Position numbers and translations under genes: made by a program. The notes below the pieces were generated by a model. That model was not told the origin of the DNA and searched no databases. It saw only the letters and a list, made by a program, of their open reading frames with translations. From an uncultured delta proteobacterium (GTDB lineage Bacteria; Desulfobacterota; Binatia; Binatales; Binataceae): a stretch of DNA of 64,000 nt. Positions within the stretch are counted from its first letter, which is position 1. The number at the start of each line of letters is the position of its first letter. The stretch is taken from positions 3,072,001 to 3,136,000 of the forward strand of contig CAWEEQ010000004.1 in assembly GCA_963808235.1 (NCBI GenBank). Direction: 5' to 3'. This document shows positions 40,485 to 48,983 of the stretch, piece after piece.

Positions 40485-41195
40485 TCAGGTCTTTTCGCGC
40501 AGCGCCCGTGCGCCGATTCGCGTCGCGTACACGACGACTGCGACCGTCGCGATAAATCCGACCGCGTCGAGCGCCCATCCCGCGGGAGTTCGCGTCGCGC
40601 TGCCCGCTCCGGCGCCGGCGAGGTCGCCACTCAGCGAGCCGATATAAACATAGAGAATGGTGCCGGGAATCATCCCGACCCACGACGCGAAAAAGTAGTC
40701 GCGCAATGTCACGCGGGTCAGCCCGTACGCATAGTTGAGCAGGTTGAACGGGAACACCGGCGAGAGCCGCGTCAGGATGACGATTTTCCATCCCTCCCTG
40801 CCCACTGCTTCGTCAATCGCTTTGAACTTCGCGTTGCCTTCGAGTTTTTTTGCGATCCAGTCGCGCGCGAAATAGCGCCCGACGATAAATGCCGCCGTCG
40901 CACCGAGCGTCGCCGCGATCGAAACGTAAATCGAGCCGCGCACCACGCCGAAAATCACCCCCGCGCCGATCGTGAGAATCGAGCCGGGAAGAAACAGCAC
41001 GCAGGCCGCGATGTAGATTGCGATAAAAGCAACCGGCGCGAGCGCACCGAGCCCGCGAATCCAGTCGAGCGCATTCTTCAGGATCGGTCCCGCGCCCAGC
41101 CGATGGGCTCCGTACAGAATCGCGATCGCGATCAGAACGATCAGAATGACTTTCGGACGAAGCAATCCGGCAACTCGGCTGACGACAGTGGGCAT
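40485..41195 (-). CDS. TVP38/TMEM64 (DedA/VTT) membrane protein
   Basis: FLPGSILT, RLSPVFPFNLLNY. Confidence 0.92.
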   Translation of the reverse strand: MPTVVSRVAGLLRPKVILIVLIAIAILYGAHRLGAGPILKNALDWIRGLGALAPVAFIAIYIAACVLFLPGSILTIGAGVIFGVVRGSIYVSIAATLGATAAFIVGRYFARDWIAKKLEGNAKFKAIDEAVGREGWKIVILTRLSPVFPFNLLNYAYGLTRVTLRDYFFASWVGMIPGTILYVYIGSLSGDLAGAGAGSATRTPAGWALDAVGFIATVAVVVYATRIGARALREKT

Positions 41196-41320
41196 CGTGG
41201 AAGCTCCGGTATCCGAAATCCGCGAGCCGCGAAACGTTAAAAGTTAAAAGCGTTTCCGCATAAGCATCGCGGCCGCGGACTGCTTATAATGCCATCGAGG
41301 AATATGTAATCCTAACTCGC

Positions 41321-41818
41321 ATGTCCGTCCACGAGCACAAGCGCCACGCGCACACCAATCTCAAGGTCGGCGTGATTACCGCCAGCGATACGCGGACGCC
41401 GGAGACTGACGAGAGTGGCAAACTCATCCGGATGCTCTTCGAGGGCGCCGGCCATCAGGTGAGTTACTACGAAGTTCTGCCGGATGAGGGCGAGAAGATC
41501 TCAGCGGCGATCGTGAACAACCTGCCCGATCTCGATGCGATCGTGATCAACGGCGGCACTGGAATCAGCGCGCGCGACGGCGGCACCGAAGTTGTGAAGT
41601 CGCTGATAGACAAGGAGCTCGAGGGATTCGGCGAGATCTTCAGGATGCTCTCGTTCAACGAGATTGGCTCGGCGGCGATCATGAGCCGCGCGATCGCGGG
41701 CGTGCGCAGTGGCAAGTTCATCGCCGTTCTCCCCGGCTCGCCCGATGCGTGCCGCCTCGCGATGGAAAAACTTATCATCCCGGAAATTGGACACATAGTT
41801 TCTCTGCTCGGAAAATGA
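41321..41818 (+). CDS. moaB: Molybdenum cofactor biosynthesis protein MoaB/Mog
   Basis: ITASDTR...DESG, GGTGIS.RD, LPGSP. Confidence 0.92.
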   Translation: MSVHEHKRHAHTNLKVGVITASDTRTPETDESGKLIRMLFEGAGHQVSYYEVLPDEGEKISAAIVNNLPDLDAIVINGGTGISARDGGTEVVKSLIDKELEGFGEIFRMLSFNEIGSAAIMSRAIAGVRSGKFIAVLPGSPDACRLAMEKLIIPEIGHIVSLLGK

Positions 41819-42513
41819 ATCGATTCACGCTCAAACTGTTCGCGACTCTTCGCGAGCGCGCCCACGCCGCCGAGCTGGTCCGCGAATTCCCCGACGGCAC
41901 GACGGTCGCGCAAATCTGGAAGCATCTGGTCGCCGAGTTTCCTGCGCTCGGCGGGCATCACGATTCGGTCGGCTTCGCCGTCAACCAGGAATACGTCGAG
42001 GGCGATTTCAAGCCGCGCCAGGGCGACGAGATCGCATTCATCCCGCCCGTGAGCGGTGGCACCGAGACATCGCGAGTCGGCACAATCACGATCGGCCGCA
42101 AACGTATCGACGTTGCCGCCCTTGAGCGCGAGGTCGCCGACCCTGCCGCAGGCGCGATCGTATCGTTCACCGGCACAACTCGCCGCGACAACGCAGGCCG
42201 CAAGGTGCTCCGCCTCGAGTACGAGGCTTACGAGCCGATGGCTCTCGCCGAGATGCGCAAGCTGGCGAGCGAGGCTGCCGAGCGATGGAAGCTCGTGCGC
42301 ATCGCGATCGCCCATCGCATCGGCGTCGTGGAAATCGGCGAGACGTCAGTAGCGATAGCGGTTTCCGCGGCGCATCGCGGAGAAGCATTCGAAGCCTGCC
42401 GATTCGCAATCGATCGGTTGAAGGAGATCGTACCGATCTGGAAGAAGGAATATTTCGAGGGTGGCGAAGTGTGGATCGGCTGCCAAACGTCGCATCCGCC
42501 AGCGGTCGAATGA
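41815..42513 (+). CDS. moaDE: Fused MoaD-MoaE molybdopterin synthase (MoaX-type)
   Basis: MoaD domain ending PPVSGG (residue 82), read in frame into MoaE (LEYEAY, HRIG, PIWKKE). Confidence 0.93.
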   Translation: MNRFTLKLFATLRERAHAAELVREFPDGTTVAQIWKHLVAEFPALGGHHDSVGFAVNQEYVEGDFKPRQGDEIAFIPPVSGGTETSRVGTITIGRKRIDVAALEREVADPAAGAIVSFTGTTRRDNAGRKVLRLEYEAYEPMALAEMRKLASEAAERWKLVRIAIAHRIGVVEIGETSVAIAVSAAHRGEAFEACRFAIDRLKEIVPIWKKEYFEGGEVWIGCQTSHPPAVE

Positions 42514-42606
42514 TGGCCGTAGATGCTTGCAAAAAATTCGGGCGTGCTGCACATCATCTGAAAAGAAAGATTGACCGGGCGGACAGCAACCAGTTACCTT
42601 GATAAG

Positions 42607-43547
42607 ATGGCGTTGAGCGTAACATTTGTCGAAAAGATCATCCTTGCCGAGCCGCGCGGCTTTTGCGCCGGCGTCGATCGCGCCGTCGAGGCCGTTCGCG
42701 GCGCGCTGCGTTCCTACGGCCGCCCGCTCTACGTGCGACATCAGATCGTGCATAACCGGTTTGTGCTCGAAGCCCTCGAGAAAGAAGGCGCGATTTTCGT
42801 CGAGAGCCTCGACGAGGTCCCCGAGGGCCAGCGCGTGATCTTCAGCGCCCACGGCGTCGCGCCCAGCGAATGGGACCGCGCCAAGGATCGCAAGCTCCGC
42901 GTTATCGACGCCACCTGCCCGCTGGTGACCAAGGTCCATCTCGAAGTCGAAAAGTATGACAACGAAGGCCGCACCGTGATCCTGATCGGCCATGCCGGCC
43001 ACGAGGAAGTGAAAGGCACTCTGGGAGTCGCGCCCGGCAAGGTCGTGCTGGTCGGCAGTGTCGACGAAGCGCGCACCGTGGAGGTCGAAAATCCCGAACG
43101 CATCGCCGCGGTCACACAGACCACGCTCAGCGTCGACGATACTCGCGACATCATGGATACGCTGAAGGAACGCTTCCCCGCGATGATCGCGCCCAAGACC
43201 GACGACATTTGCTACGCGACCCAGAATCGGCAGAACGCGGTCAAGGAACTCGTGCAGGTCACCGATGCGGTCCTCGTCGTCGGCTCGAAGCAGAGCTCCA
43301 ATGCGAACCGCCTGGTCGAAGTCGCCCGGATGCGCGGTGCGCGCGCGTTCCTGGTCGATTCGATTGCCGACGTCGAGCCCTCGATGCTCGACGGTGTGCG
43401 CGCGCTCGGACTCACCGCGAGCGCCTCTTCCCCGAATGGCTGGTCGAAGAAATTATCGGCGCGTTCGCCCGCTCCGGCGCGCAAGTCGAACTCCTGAGCG
43501 TCGCCAAGGAGCGCGTACATTTCCCACTCCCGATGCCGTCCGACTAG
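42607..43547 (+). CDS. ispH: 4-hydroxy-3-methylbut-2-enyl diphosphate reductase (-1 frameshift near 43431)
   Basis: RGFCAGV, SAHG, DATCPLV, ICYATQNRQ, SSN; TASASS continues as PEWLV in another frame. Confidence 0.95.
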
Positions 43548-43562
43548 CGTCTAAATGTTTGC

Positions 43563-43598
43563 TCCCCTTCCCTCAAGGGAAGGGCCGGGGGTTAGGTT
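43563..43598 (+). repeat. REP-like hairpin with G-rich tail (family B)
   Basis: CCCTTCCC-N4-GGGAAGGG..GGGGGTTAGG; further copies at 46045 and 48789. Confidence 0.75.
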
Positions 43599-43710
43599 GC
43601 CCGGCTCCCGTACGCTCGCATCGCATCGCCTTGACAATTTCGCGCTATTGCCTAAAGGTTCATCCGGATTTCCCGCGGCCTGCGGCGAAACCATAAAAAG
43701 GAAGATACTG

Positions 43711-44571
43711 ATGCGAACAGCTATCGCGCGCGCGCTGCCAATGCTCCTCCTGCTGGCTATACCGGTGGTCAGCGGATGCCAGACCGAGGCGAAGAAGCAT
43801 CTCTACAAAGCCGAAGATCTGTTCGAAAAGCGCGACCTCGACGGCGCCAAAAAAGAATTGGAACTCTCGATCAAGGCTGATCCTAACAGTCTGGACGCGC
43901 ACAAGTCGCTCGCAAATATCGACGACGCGCTGGGTGATCAGGAAGGCGCCGCCCGCGAGTACGCGGCCGCATCGGCGCTCGATCCCACCGATCAGAAGCT
44001 CCTCGACAAGACCCGTCTCTACAAGCAGCTACAGGATCTCGCCAACTCTTCGGGCAAAGCGCTCGACGATATCAAGGCCGGAAAGGATGAGCAGGGAGTC
44101 GGCGAGCTGAAGGACGTGCTGGTTCAGACCAGGTTCGCCTCTGCCCGGGAAAAGGCGGTCGCCGCGCTCGCCGACGCGATCCCGATTATCGAGAAACAGG
44201 GCGACGATCAGATGCAGGCCAAGAAGTACTCGGACGCCGCCAACACTTATGAGCAGGGAGTGCGGGCCGCGATGCTGCTGTCGCGGGCGCGCAAGCTGGA
44301 TACACTGGGACCTGAGGCCGGGCCGCTGATGCATAAGGTCAACGAGGCGGCGAAAGCGGCGGGCACGCCGGACGCGACCTTCAAGCTGCTCAACGACGTG
44401 ATTGGCACCTATCCCGACGACAAGACCGCCAACCTCGAACTCGCGCAGGTCTATCTGCGCAAGTCGCCGCCTGATTACGACACCGCGGCGGATTTGGAAG
44501 AGCGCGGCGGCGCTCCTGACGACGAAGTTCGCAAACTTCGCGACGAAGCGAAGAAGCATCGCAAAAAGTGA
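43711..44571 (+). CDS. TPR-like lipoprotein
   Basis: Lipobox VSGC; helical repeats. Confidence 0.8.
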   Translation: MRTAIARALPMLLLLAIPVVSGCQTEAKKHLYKAEDLFEKRDLDGAKKELELSIKADPNSLDAHKSLANIDDALGDQEGAAREYAAASALDPTDQKLLDKTRLYKQLQDLANSSGKALDDIKAGKDEQGVGELKDVLVQTRFASAREKAVAALADAIPIIEKQGDDQMQAKKYSDAANTYEQGVRAAMLLSRARKLDTLGPEAGPLMHKVNEAAKAAGTPDATFKLLNDVIGTYPDDKTANLELAQVYLRKSPPDYDTAADLEERGGAPDDEVRKLRDEAKKHRKK

Positions 44572-44644
44572 TCGCCGCCGAGTCCCGCGCGCATCGACCG
44601 CCGCAAGCTGCGCGCTCGCGACACGGATGAAGTAGGGTCAGCCG

Positions 44645-45283
44645 ATGCGCCGGCGCGGCTATATCGCGGTCGAAGGGCCAATCGGAGTTGGCAAGACCAC
44701 TCTCGCACAGGCGCTCGCGCGCGAGCTCGGCGCCCGCCTCATGCTCGAGGACGCCGACAACAATCCCTTCCTGCCGCGCTTCTACCAGGACCCCGACAAG
44801 TACGCGTTTCCCGCCCAGCTCTACTTTCTGCTCACTCGGCACAGCCAGCAGCGCGAACTCAAGCAGCAGGATCTCTTCACGCAGGCGACCGTCGCCGATT
44901 ATTTGTTCGCCAAAGACAAAATTTTCGCCGCGATGAATCTTGCCCCCGACGAGCTCAAGCTCTACGACGGCGTCTACAAATTGCTCGACGCCGAGATGGC
45001 GAAGCCCGACCTGGTGGTCTACGTGCGCGCGACGATCGAGGTGCTCGCGGAGCGGCTGCGCAAACGCAACCGCAACTTCGAGCGCCATATCAGTTTCGAC
45101 TATCTCGAGCGCGTCTCCTCGGCGTATCGCGATTTCTTTTTCTACTACGACGAGGCGCCGCTGCTCGTCGTCGATACTTCGGAGATCGACTTCGTCGCAA
45201 ATCCTGAGGACCTCGGCGACCTGATTCGCGAGATCGATCGCGCCGGAACTGGCACCCAATATTTCGTCCCGCGCAAAAGCTGA
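44645..45283 (+). CDS. Deoxynucleoside kinase
   Basis: IAVEGPIGVGKTT, NPFLPRFY, PDLVVY. Confidence 0.93.
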   Translation: MRRRGYIAVEGPIGVGKTTLAQALARELGARLMLEDADNNPFLPRFYQDPDKYAFPAQLYFLLTRHSQQRELKQQDLFTQATVADYLFAKDKIFAAMNLAPDELKLYDGVYKLLDAEMAKPDLVVYVRATIEVLAERLRKRNRNFERHISFDYLERVSSAYRDFFFYYDEAPLLVVDTSEIDFVANPEDLGDLIREIDRAGTGTQYFVPRKS

Positions 45284-45363
45284 AGCCCTTGACATAGAAG
45301 CGAAGAAATAGCGAAGATAGCTCCGCTCAAACTCCGCGTATCGAACAAGGAGGGTTAAATGCG

Positions 45364-45822
45364 ATGGTTAGTTGGAGCGTTTTCGAAAATGACGCGCCCG
45401 ATCTCGCCGAGGCGGGAAAAAAACTCCTCTACCAGTACGGCGTCGGCCTCGGCTTCCTGGCGACGCTCAGAAAGGACGGCGCCCCGCGCCTGCATCCGAT
45501 CTGCCCCACGGTCGTGGACGGCTGCCTTTATGCGCTCATCGGCCCGACTCCAAAACTCGCCGATTTAAAGCGCGACGGCCGCTACGCGCTCCACACTCTT
45601 CCGGGCGCCGAGGTTGACGACGAATTTCTCGTGATGGGCTGCGCGAAGTTCATCGACGATCCCGCCGTTGCCGACAAGGTGCGCAAGGACCTGGTCGCGC
45701 GAGGGATGACCAGCACCAACGATGAATGTCCGTTCGAGTTCGAAATCGAACGCGTGATGCACGCGAAATATCCGGGCGGTCACGGAACCTTGGCCCCGAA
45801 GTACTCAATCTGGAAAGGCTGA
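45364..45822 (+). CDS. Pyridoxamine 5'-phosphate oxidase-like (split-barrel) protein
   Basis: LATLRKDGAPRLHP, KLADLKRDGRYALH; AAGGAGG RBS. Confidence 0.85.
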   Translation: MVSWSVFENDAPDLAEAGKKLLYQYGVGLGFLATLRKDGAPRLHPICPTVVDGCLYALIGPTPKLADLKRDGRYALHTLPGAEVDDEFLVMGCAKFIDDPAVADKVRKDLVARGMTSTNDECPFEFEIERVMHAKYPGGHGTLAPKYSIWKG

Positions 45823-45845
45823 TCCTAATAGCCTCTCCCTGACAG

Positions 45846-46240
45846 GAGACCTTTGCATAGCCGGTCGTAGTCGCCGCGTCCAATTTTGTCATTCTGAGCG
45901 CAGCGAAGAATCCCGGATCTTTCTCGGCGCGAAACACCTCGACGTTGCTTAGGGAATGCGAATATGCGCGGGCGCTCTCTCTGAGTTTTTCAGTTCTTAA
46001 CCGACTCCGAGCCCTCTCGTCGATTCGGGGCAACCCCACTCCGGTTCCCCTTCCACTAGAAGGGGTTAGGGGTTAGGTTTGCACGCATCGTTCGCAACGC
46101 ACGCACGCGATCTTTTTTTGTGTCATCCCGAGCGTAGCCGAGGGACCCCGGATCTTTCTCGGCGCGAAACACCTCGACTTCGCTTGGGGCACGCGTAGCC
46201 GAGCTGCTCCGAATCCAATTTGCAGTTATGCAAAGCTCTC
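45846..46240. mobile_element. MITE-like non-autonomous element (395 bp) with a 7-bp target duplication, inserted in a REP
   Basis: TIRs GAGACCTTTGCATAG / TTATGCAAAGCTCTC (13 of 15 match), flanked by CTGACAG at 45839-45 and 46241-47. Confidence 0.65.
45888..46218 (+). repeat. Composite REP cluster A-B-A
   Basis: GTCATTCTGAGCGCAGCGAAGAATCCCGGATCTTTCTC (45888), family B (46045-46080), GTCATCCCGAGCGTAGCCGAGGGACCCCGGATCTTTCTC plus tail (46122-46218). Confidence 0.85.
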
Positions 46241-46304
46241 CTGACAGGTAGAGGTCGCGCCGCGTCTTCGCGGCGCGGGTGAGAATCCGCATTCCAAATT
46301 CTGC

Positions 46305-46598
46305 CTACTCGTCGCGATCCCTAAACGCGATCTCGATATTATCCGCCAGCTTGAAGTCCTTGTCGGTCACGCCGCCCGCATCGTGCGTCGAGCAGGTGAA
46401 CGTGACACGCGTATAGTTGATCAGAATATCGGGATGATGGTCGGCGCCCTCGGCGATCTCGGCGACCTTCTGCACAAACTCGATCCCATGCAGGAATTCT
46501 TCGAACTTGAACGTTTTGCTGATGGCGTTGTCCTTGTACTTCCAGCCCGGCAACGTCTCCATCTTTTCCGCGATCTTCTCCGCACTGAGCTTCGCCAT
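46305..46598 (-). CDS. phhB: Pterin-4-alpha-carbinolamine dehydratase
   Basis: AEGADHHPDI, STHDAGGVTDKD. Confidence 0.92.
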   Translation of the reverse strand: MAKLSAEKIAEKMETLPGWKYKDNAISKTFKFEEFLHGIEFVQKVAEIAEGADHHPDILINYTRVTFTCSTHDAGGVTDKDFKLADNIEIAFRDRDE

Positions 46599-46713
46599 TT
46601 TGGAATCCTCGGCTCCATCATAGTCCGGCGCGAGCGACACCCAAACTGTCGCGGGGTTATCTCCGGCACGCATAGCTGTGGTAAAAGATGCCCAGCCAGA
46701 CGTCGTTGAAAAA

Positions 46714-46783
46714 GATGCAGGTCATCCGAAAAACGCGAGGAGTGATGCACGTCATCTGAAAAAGATGCACATCATCTGAAAAA
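46714..46783 (+). repeat. Three 20-bp direct repeats GATGCASRTCATCYGAAAAA
   Basis: Copies start at 46714, 46744 and 46764; a 17-nt match lies at 42548. Confidence 0.75.
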
Positions 46784-47232
46784 TGGCGAACAAATACGTT
46801 ACCGAGGAAGCGAAGAAACAAATCGGCAAAGTTTCCGAACCGCGCACCTATGAAGTCGAGCGCGGCGCGATCCGCCGGTTTGCCGAGGCGATCGGCGATC
46901 CGAATCCGCTCTTCAACAGCGAGCGCGAGGCGCGCAAGTCCCGCTTCGGCAGCATGATCGCGACTCCGACCTTCTGCCGTTCGATGGGCTCGCCGATCCC
47001 GGATATCAAGCTCGACATGAAGACCTTTCGCGGTCTCGACGGCGGCTCCGACTGGGAGTACCTGGTGCCGATTCGCCCCGGCGATCGAATTACGGTGCAA
47101 TCGAAGCTGGTGGACTTGCGCGAAGCCGCCGGCCGGCTCGGCCCGATGGTCTTCACAACCGTCGAAACCACGTACACCAACCAGTTCGGCGAAGTCTGCG
47201 TAATCCAGCGCTCAACTGGAATCCGCTACTAG
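46783..47232 (+). CDS. MaoC-like dehydratase, N-terminal (HadA-type) subunit
   Basis: VERGAIRRFAEAIGDPNP, ATPTF, PIRPGD. Confidence 0.88.
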   Translation: MANKYVTEEAKKQIGKVSEPRTYEVERGAIRRFAEAIGDPNPLFNSEREARKSRFGSMIATPTFCRSMGSPIPDIKLDMKTFRGLDGGSDWEYLVPIRPGDRITVQSKLVDLREAAGRLGPMVFTTVETTYTNQFGEVCVIQRSTGIRY

Positions 47233-47252
47233 AAAAAACAAGGGCACTCACA

Positions 47253-47690
47253 ATGGCAAAGCAAACTTATTTCGAAGATGTAGAAGTTGGCACCGAAATC
47301 GGGCCTCTGGAAAAAGACCCAACAACTCAGCAACTGGTAAAATACGCGGGCGCGTCGGGCGATTTCTATCAGATCCACTACGACAAGGATTTCGCGCTCG
47401 GCAACGGACTTCCCGGCGTGATCCTGCACGGCGCGTTGAAGAACGGATTCCTCGGCCACTTGATGACCGACTTCGCCGGCGAGCATGGATGGCTCCGCAA
47501 ACTCGGCGTCCAATATCGCGGGATGGATCAGCCGGGAACTAAAGTGATCGCTCGCGGCAAGGTCTCAAAGAAATATACCGAAGGCAGCGATCACATGGTC
47601 GATTGCGAAATCTGGCTCGAAAACCATAAGGGCGAGAAGACCACTCCCGGCTCCGCCACGGTAATTCTACCCTCGCGCGGCGCGCGATAG
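47253..47690 (+). CDS. MaoC family dehydratase (HadB-type) subunit
   Basis: YAGASGDFYQIHYD, ILHG. Confidence 0.9.
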   Translation: MAKQTYFEDVEVGTEIGPLEKDPTTQQLVKYAGASGDFYQIHYDKDFALGNGLPGVILHGALKNGFLGHLMTDFAGEHGWLRKLGVQYRGMDQPGTKVIARGKVSKKYTEGSDHMVDCEIWLENHKGEKTTPGSATVILPSRGAR

Positions 47691-47697
47691 GGCGACG

Positions 47698-48462
47698 ATG
47701 CCGATCCGGCGCGAGTTTCTGCCGCGATCGTTGGACGCGTCCGCAATCCAGGAGGGCCGTGTCGATCAGCACTACGTCAAGGTGCTGATGCGGCTCCTCG
47801 CGGCGCACGCGATGGCGGAAAAGCTCACCGCGATCGGCTACCAGCGCGCGCTATCGACTATAGATAATCCGGCGCTCGCGCCGATCCTGGAAAAAAATTT
47901 CGTCGAAGAAAAAAAACATGCGCGGCTAGTCTACGACGCACTCGAAGAGATCGGGATGAGCCAGCAGGCGGCAGACCGCTCGATGATCATGGTGCTCAAG
48001 TCACCTTCCTTCGATGCGCCCAGCTACTTCGCGGGTAAAGCCACCGGCGAGCTCGACCTGTTGATGGCGTCGCTCAGTCTCGACACCACCGGACTAATCA
48101 TGATCGGCGTCAACTACAAGGATTCCAGCTACGCCCCGCACGCGCGCGCCGCCGATATAATTCTCGAAGAAGAGGCCGACCACGAAGTCTTCGCCTCGCG
48201 CCAACTAGGCGACGCGGTAGAACGTTTCGGCATCGACGCAGTGAACGCGGCCTTGCGAAACTGGATCCCGCGAGCAGTAAACTTCTTCGGCCCGCCGGGC
48301 ACCGGCTTCACCTACGACTGCATCCGCTACGGCCTGAAGACCCGCGACAACGAAGAACTGGCCGAACTATACACGACGATGATCGCCCGCCGCTGCGACC
48401 AACTAGGCCTCACGATGCCGCCGCTCACATCCGGATATCCCCACCACCTCGCCTTAACCTGA
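47698..48462 (+). CDS. PaaA/PaaC-like ferritin-fold diiron protein
   Basis: AEKL, EEKKH and EEEADH motifs; SSYAPHAR. Confidence 0.75.
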   Translation: MPIRREFLPRSLDASAIQEGRVDQHYVKVLMRLLAAHAMAEKLTAIGYQRALSTIDNPALAPILEKNFVEEKKHARLVYDALEEIGMSQQAADRSMIMVLKSPSFDAPSYFAGKATGELDLLMASLSLDTTGLIMIGVNYKDSSYAPHARAADIILEEEADHEVFASRQLGDAVERFGIDAVNAALRNWIPRAVNFFGPPGTGFTYDCIRYGLKTRDNEELAELYTTMIARRCDQLGLTMPPLTSGYPHHLALT

Positions 48463-48472
48463 CTGTCCCCCA

Positions 48473-48520
48473 CATCTCCTTCGGGAGAGGTCGCCGCGCT
48501 ATTCGCGCAACGGGTGAGGG
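48473..48520 (+). repeat. REP-like family C, uninterrupted copy
   Basis: TCTCC-TTCG-GGAGAGGTCGCCGCG...CGGGTGAGGG. Confidence 0.65.
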
Positions 48521-48670
48521 CGCACGACGCAAGCTCTCACTCAAACTCATAGTCCGCCCTCTCCGCCCAAGTTAGATCGTCCCGCAAGAAGTCCGTCGCC
48601 CCAGCGCCCGGTAAGCCGCAACCACGTCACTAACGATTTGGAATCCGCTCCCGTTGCGTACTTTTGTTTC

Positions 48671-48975
48671 CGTCATCTCAAGTTTTTGTGTTATCCCGAG
48701 CGAAGCCGAGGGACCCCGGATCTTTCTCAACGCCAACAACACCACGCCATCTCACTCACCAACCAATCATCCGACCCCCGCGCGATTGTTCCCCTTCCCA
48801 CATGGGAAGGGGTTAGGGGTTAGGTTTGCCGAGACTCGAGCACATTTCTCTCTTATTTTTTGGTTACCTCATTTTTGTGTCATTCTGAGCGCAGCGAAGA
48901 ACCCCGGATCTTTCTCGGCGTAAAACACCTGGACTTCGCTTGGGGCGCGCGTAGCCAAGCCGCTCCGAATCCAAT
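48671..48975 (+). repeat. Second composite REP cluster A-B-A
   Basis: A at 48690, B at 48789-48827, A plus about 60-bp tail at 48879-48975 matching 46122-46218. Confidence 0.85.
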
Positions 48976-48983
48976 GCTGATCC

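Noticed and set aside
42607-43547. ispH and the other frameshifted genes as pseudogenes or programmed frameshifts
   Set aside because: Each has a single indel, mostly in short runs, with intact motifs and no slippery-site signals; sequence error is more parsimonious.
43555-43710. N-terminal extension of the TPR lipoprotein (and similar extensions of other ORF-track calls)
   Set aside because: It runs through a REP and a promoter-like TTGACA; the signal peptide begins at ATG 43711.
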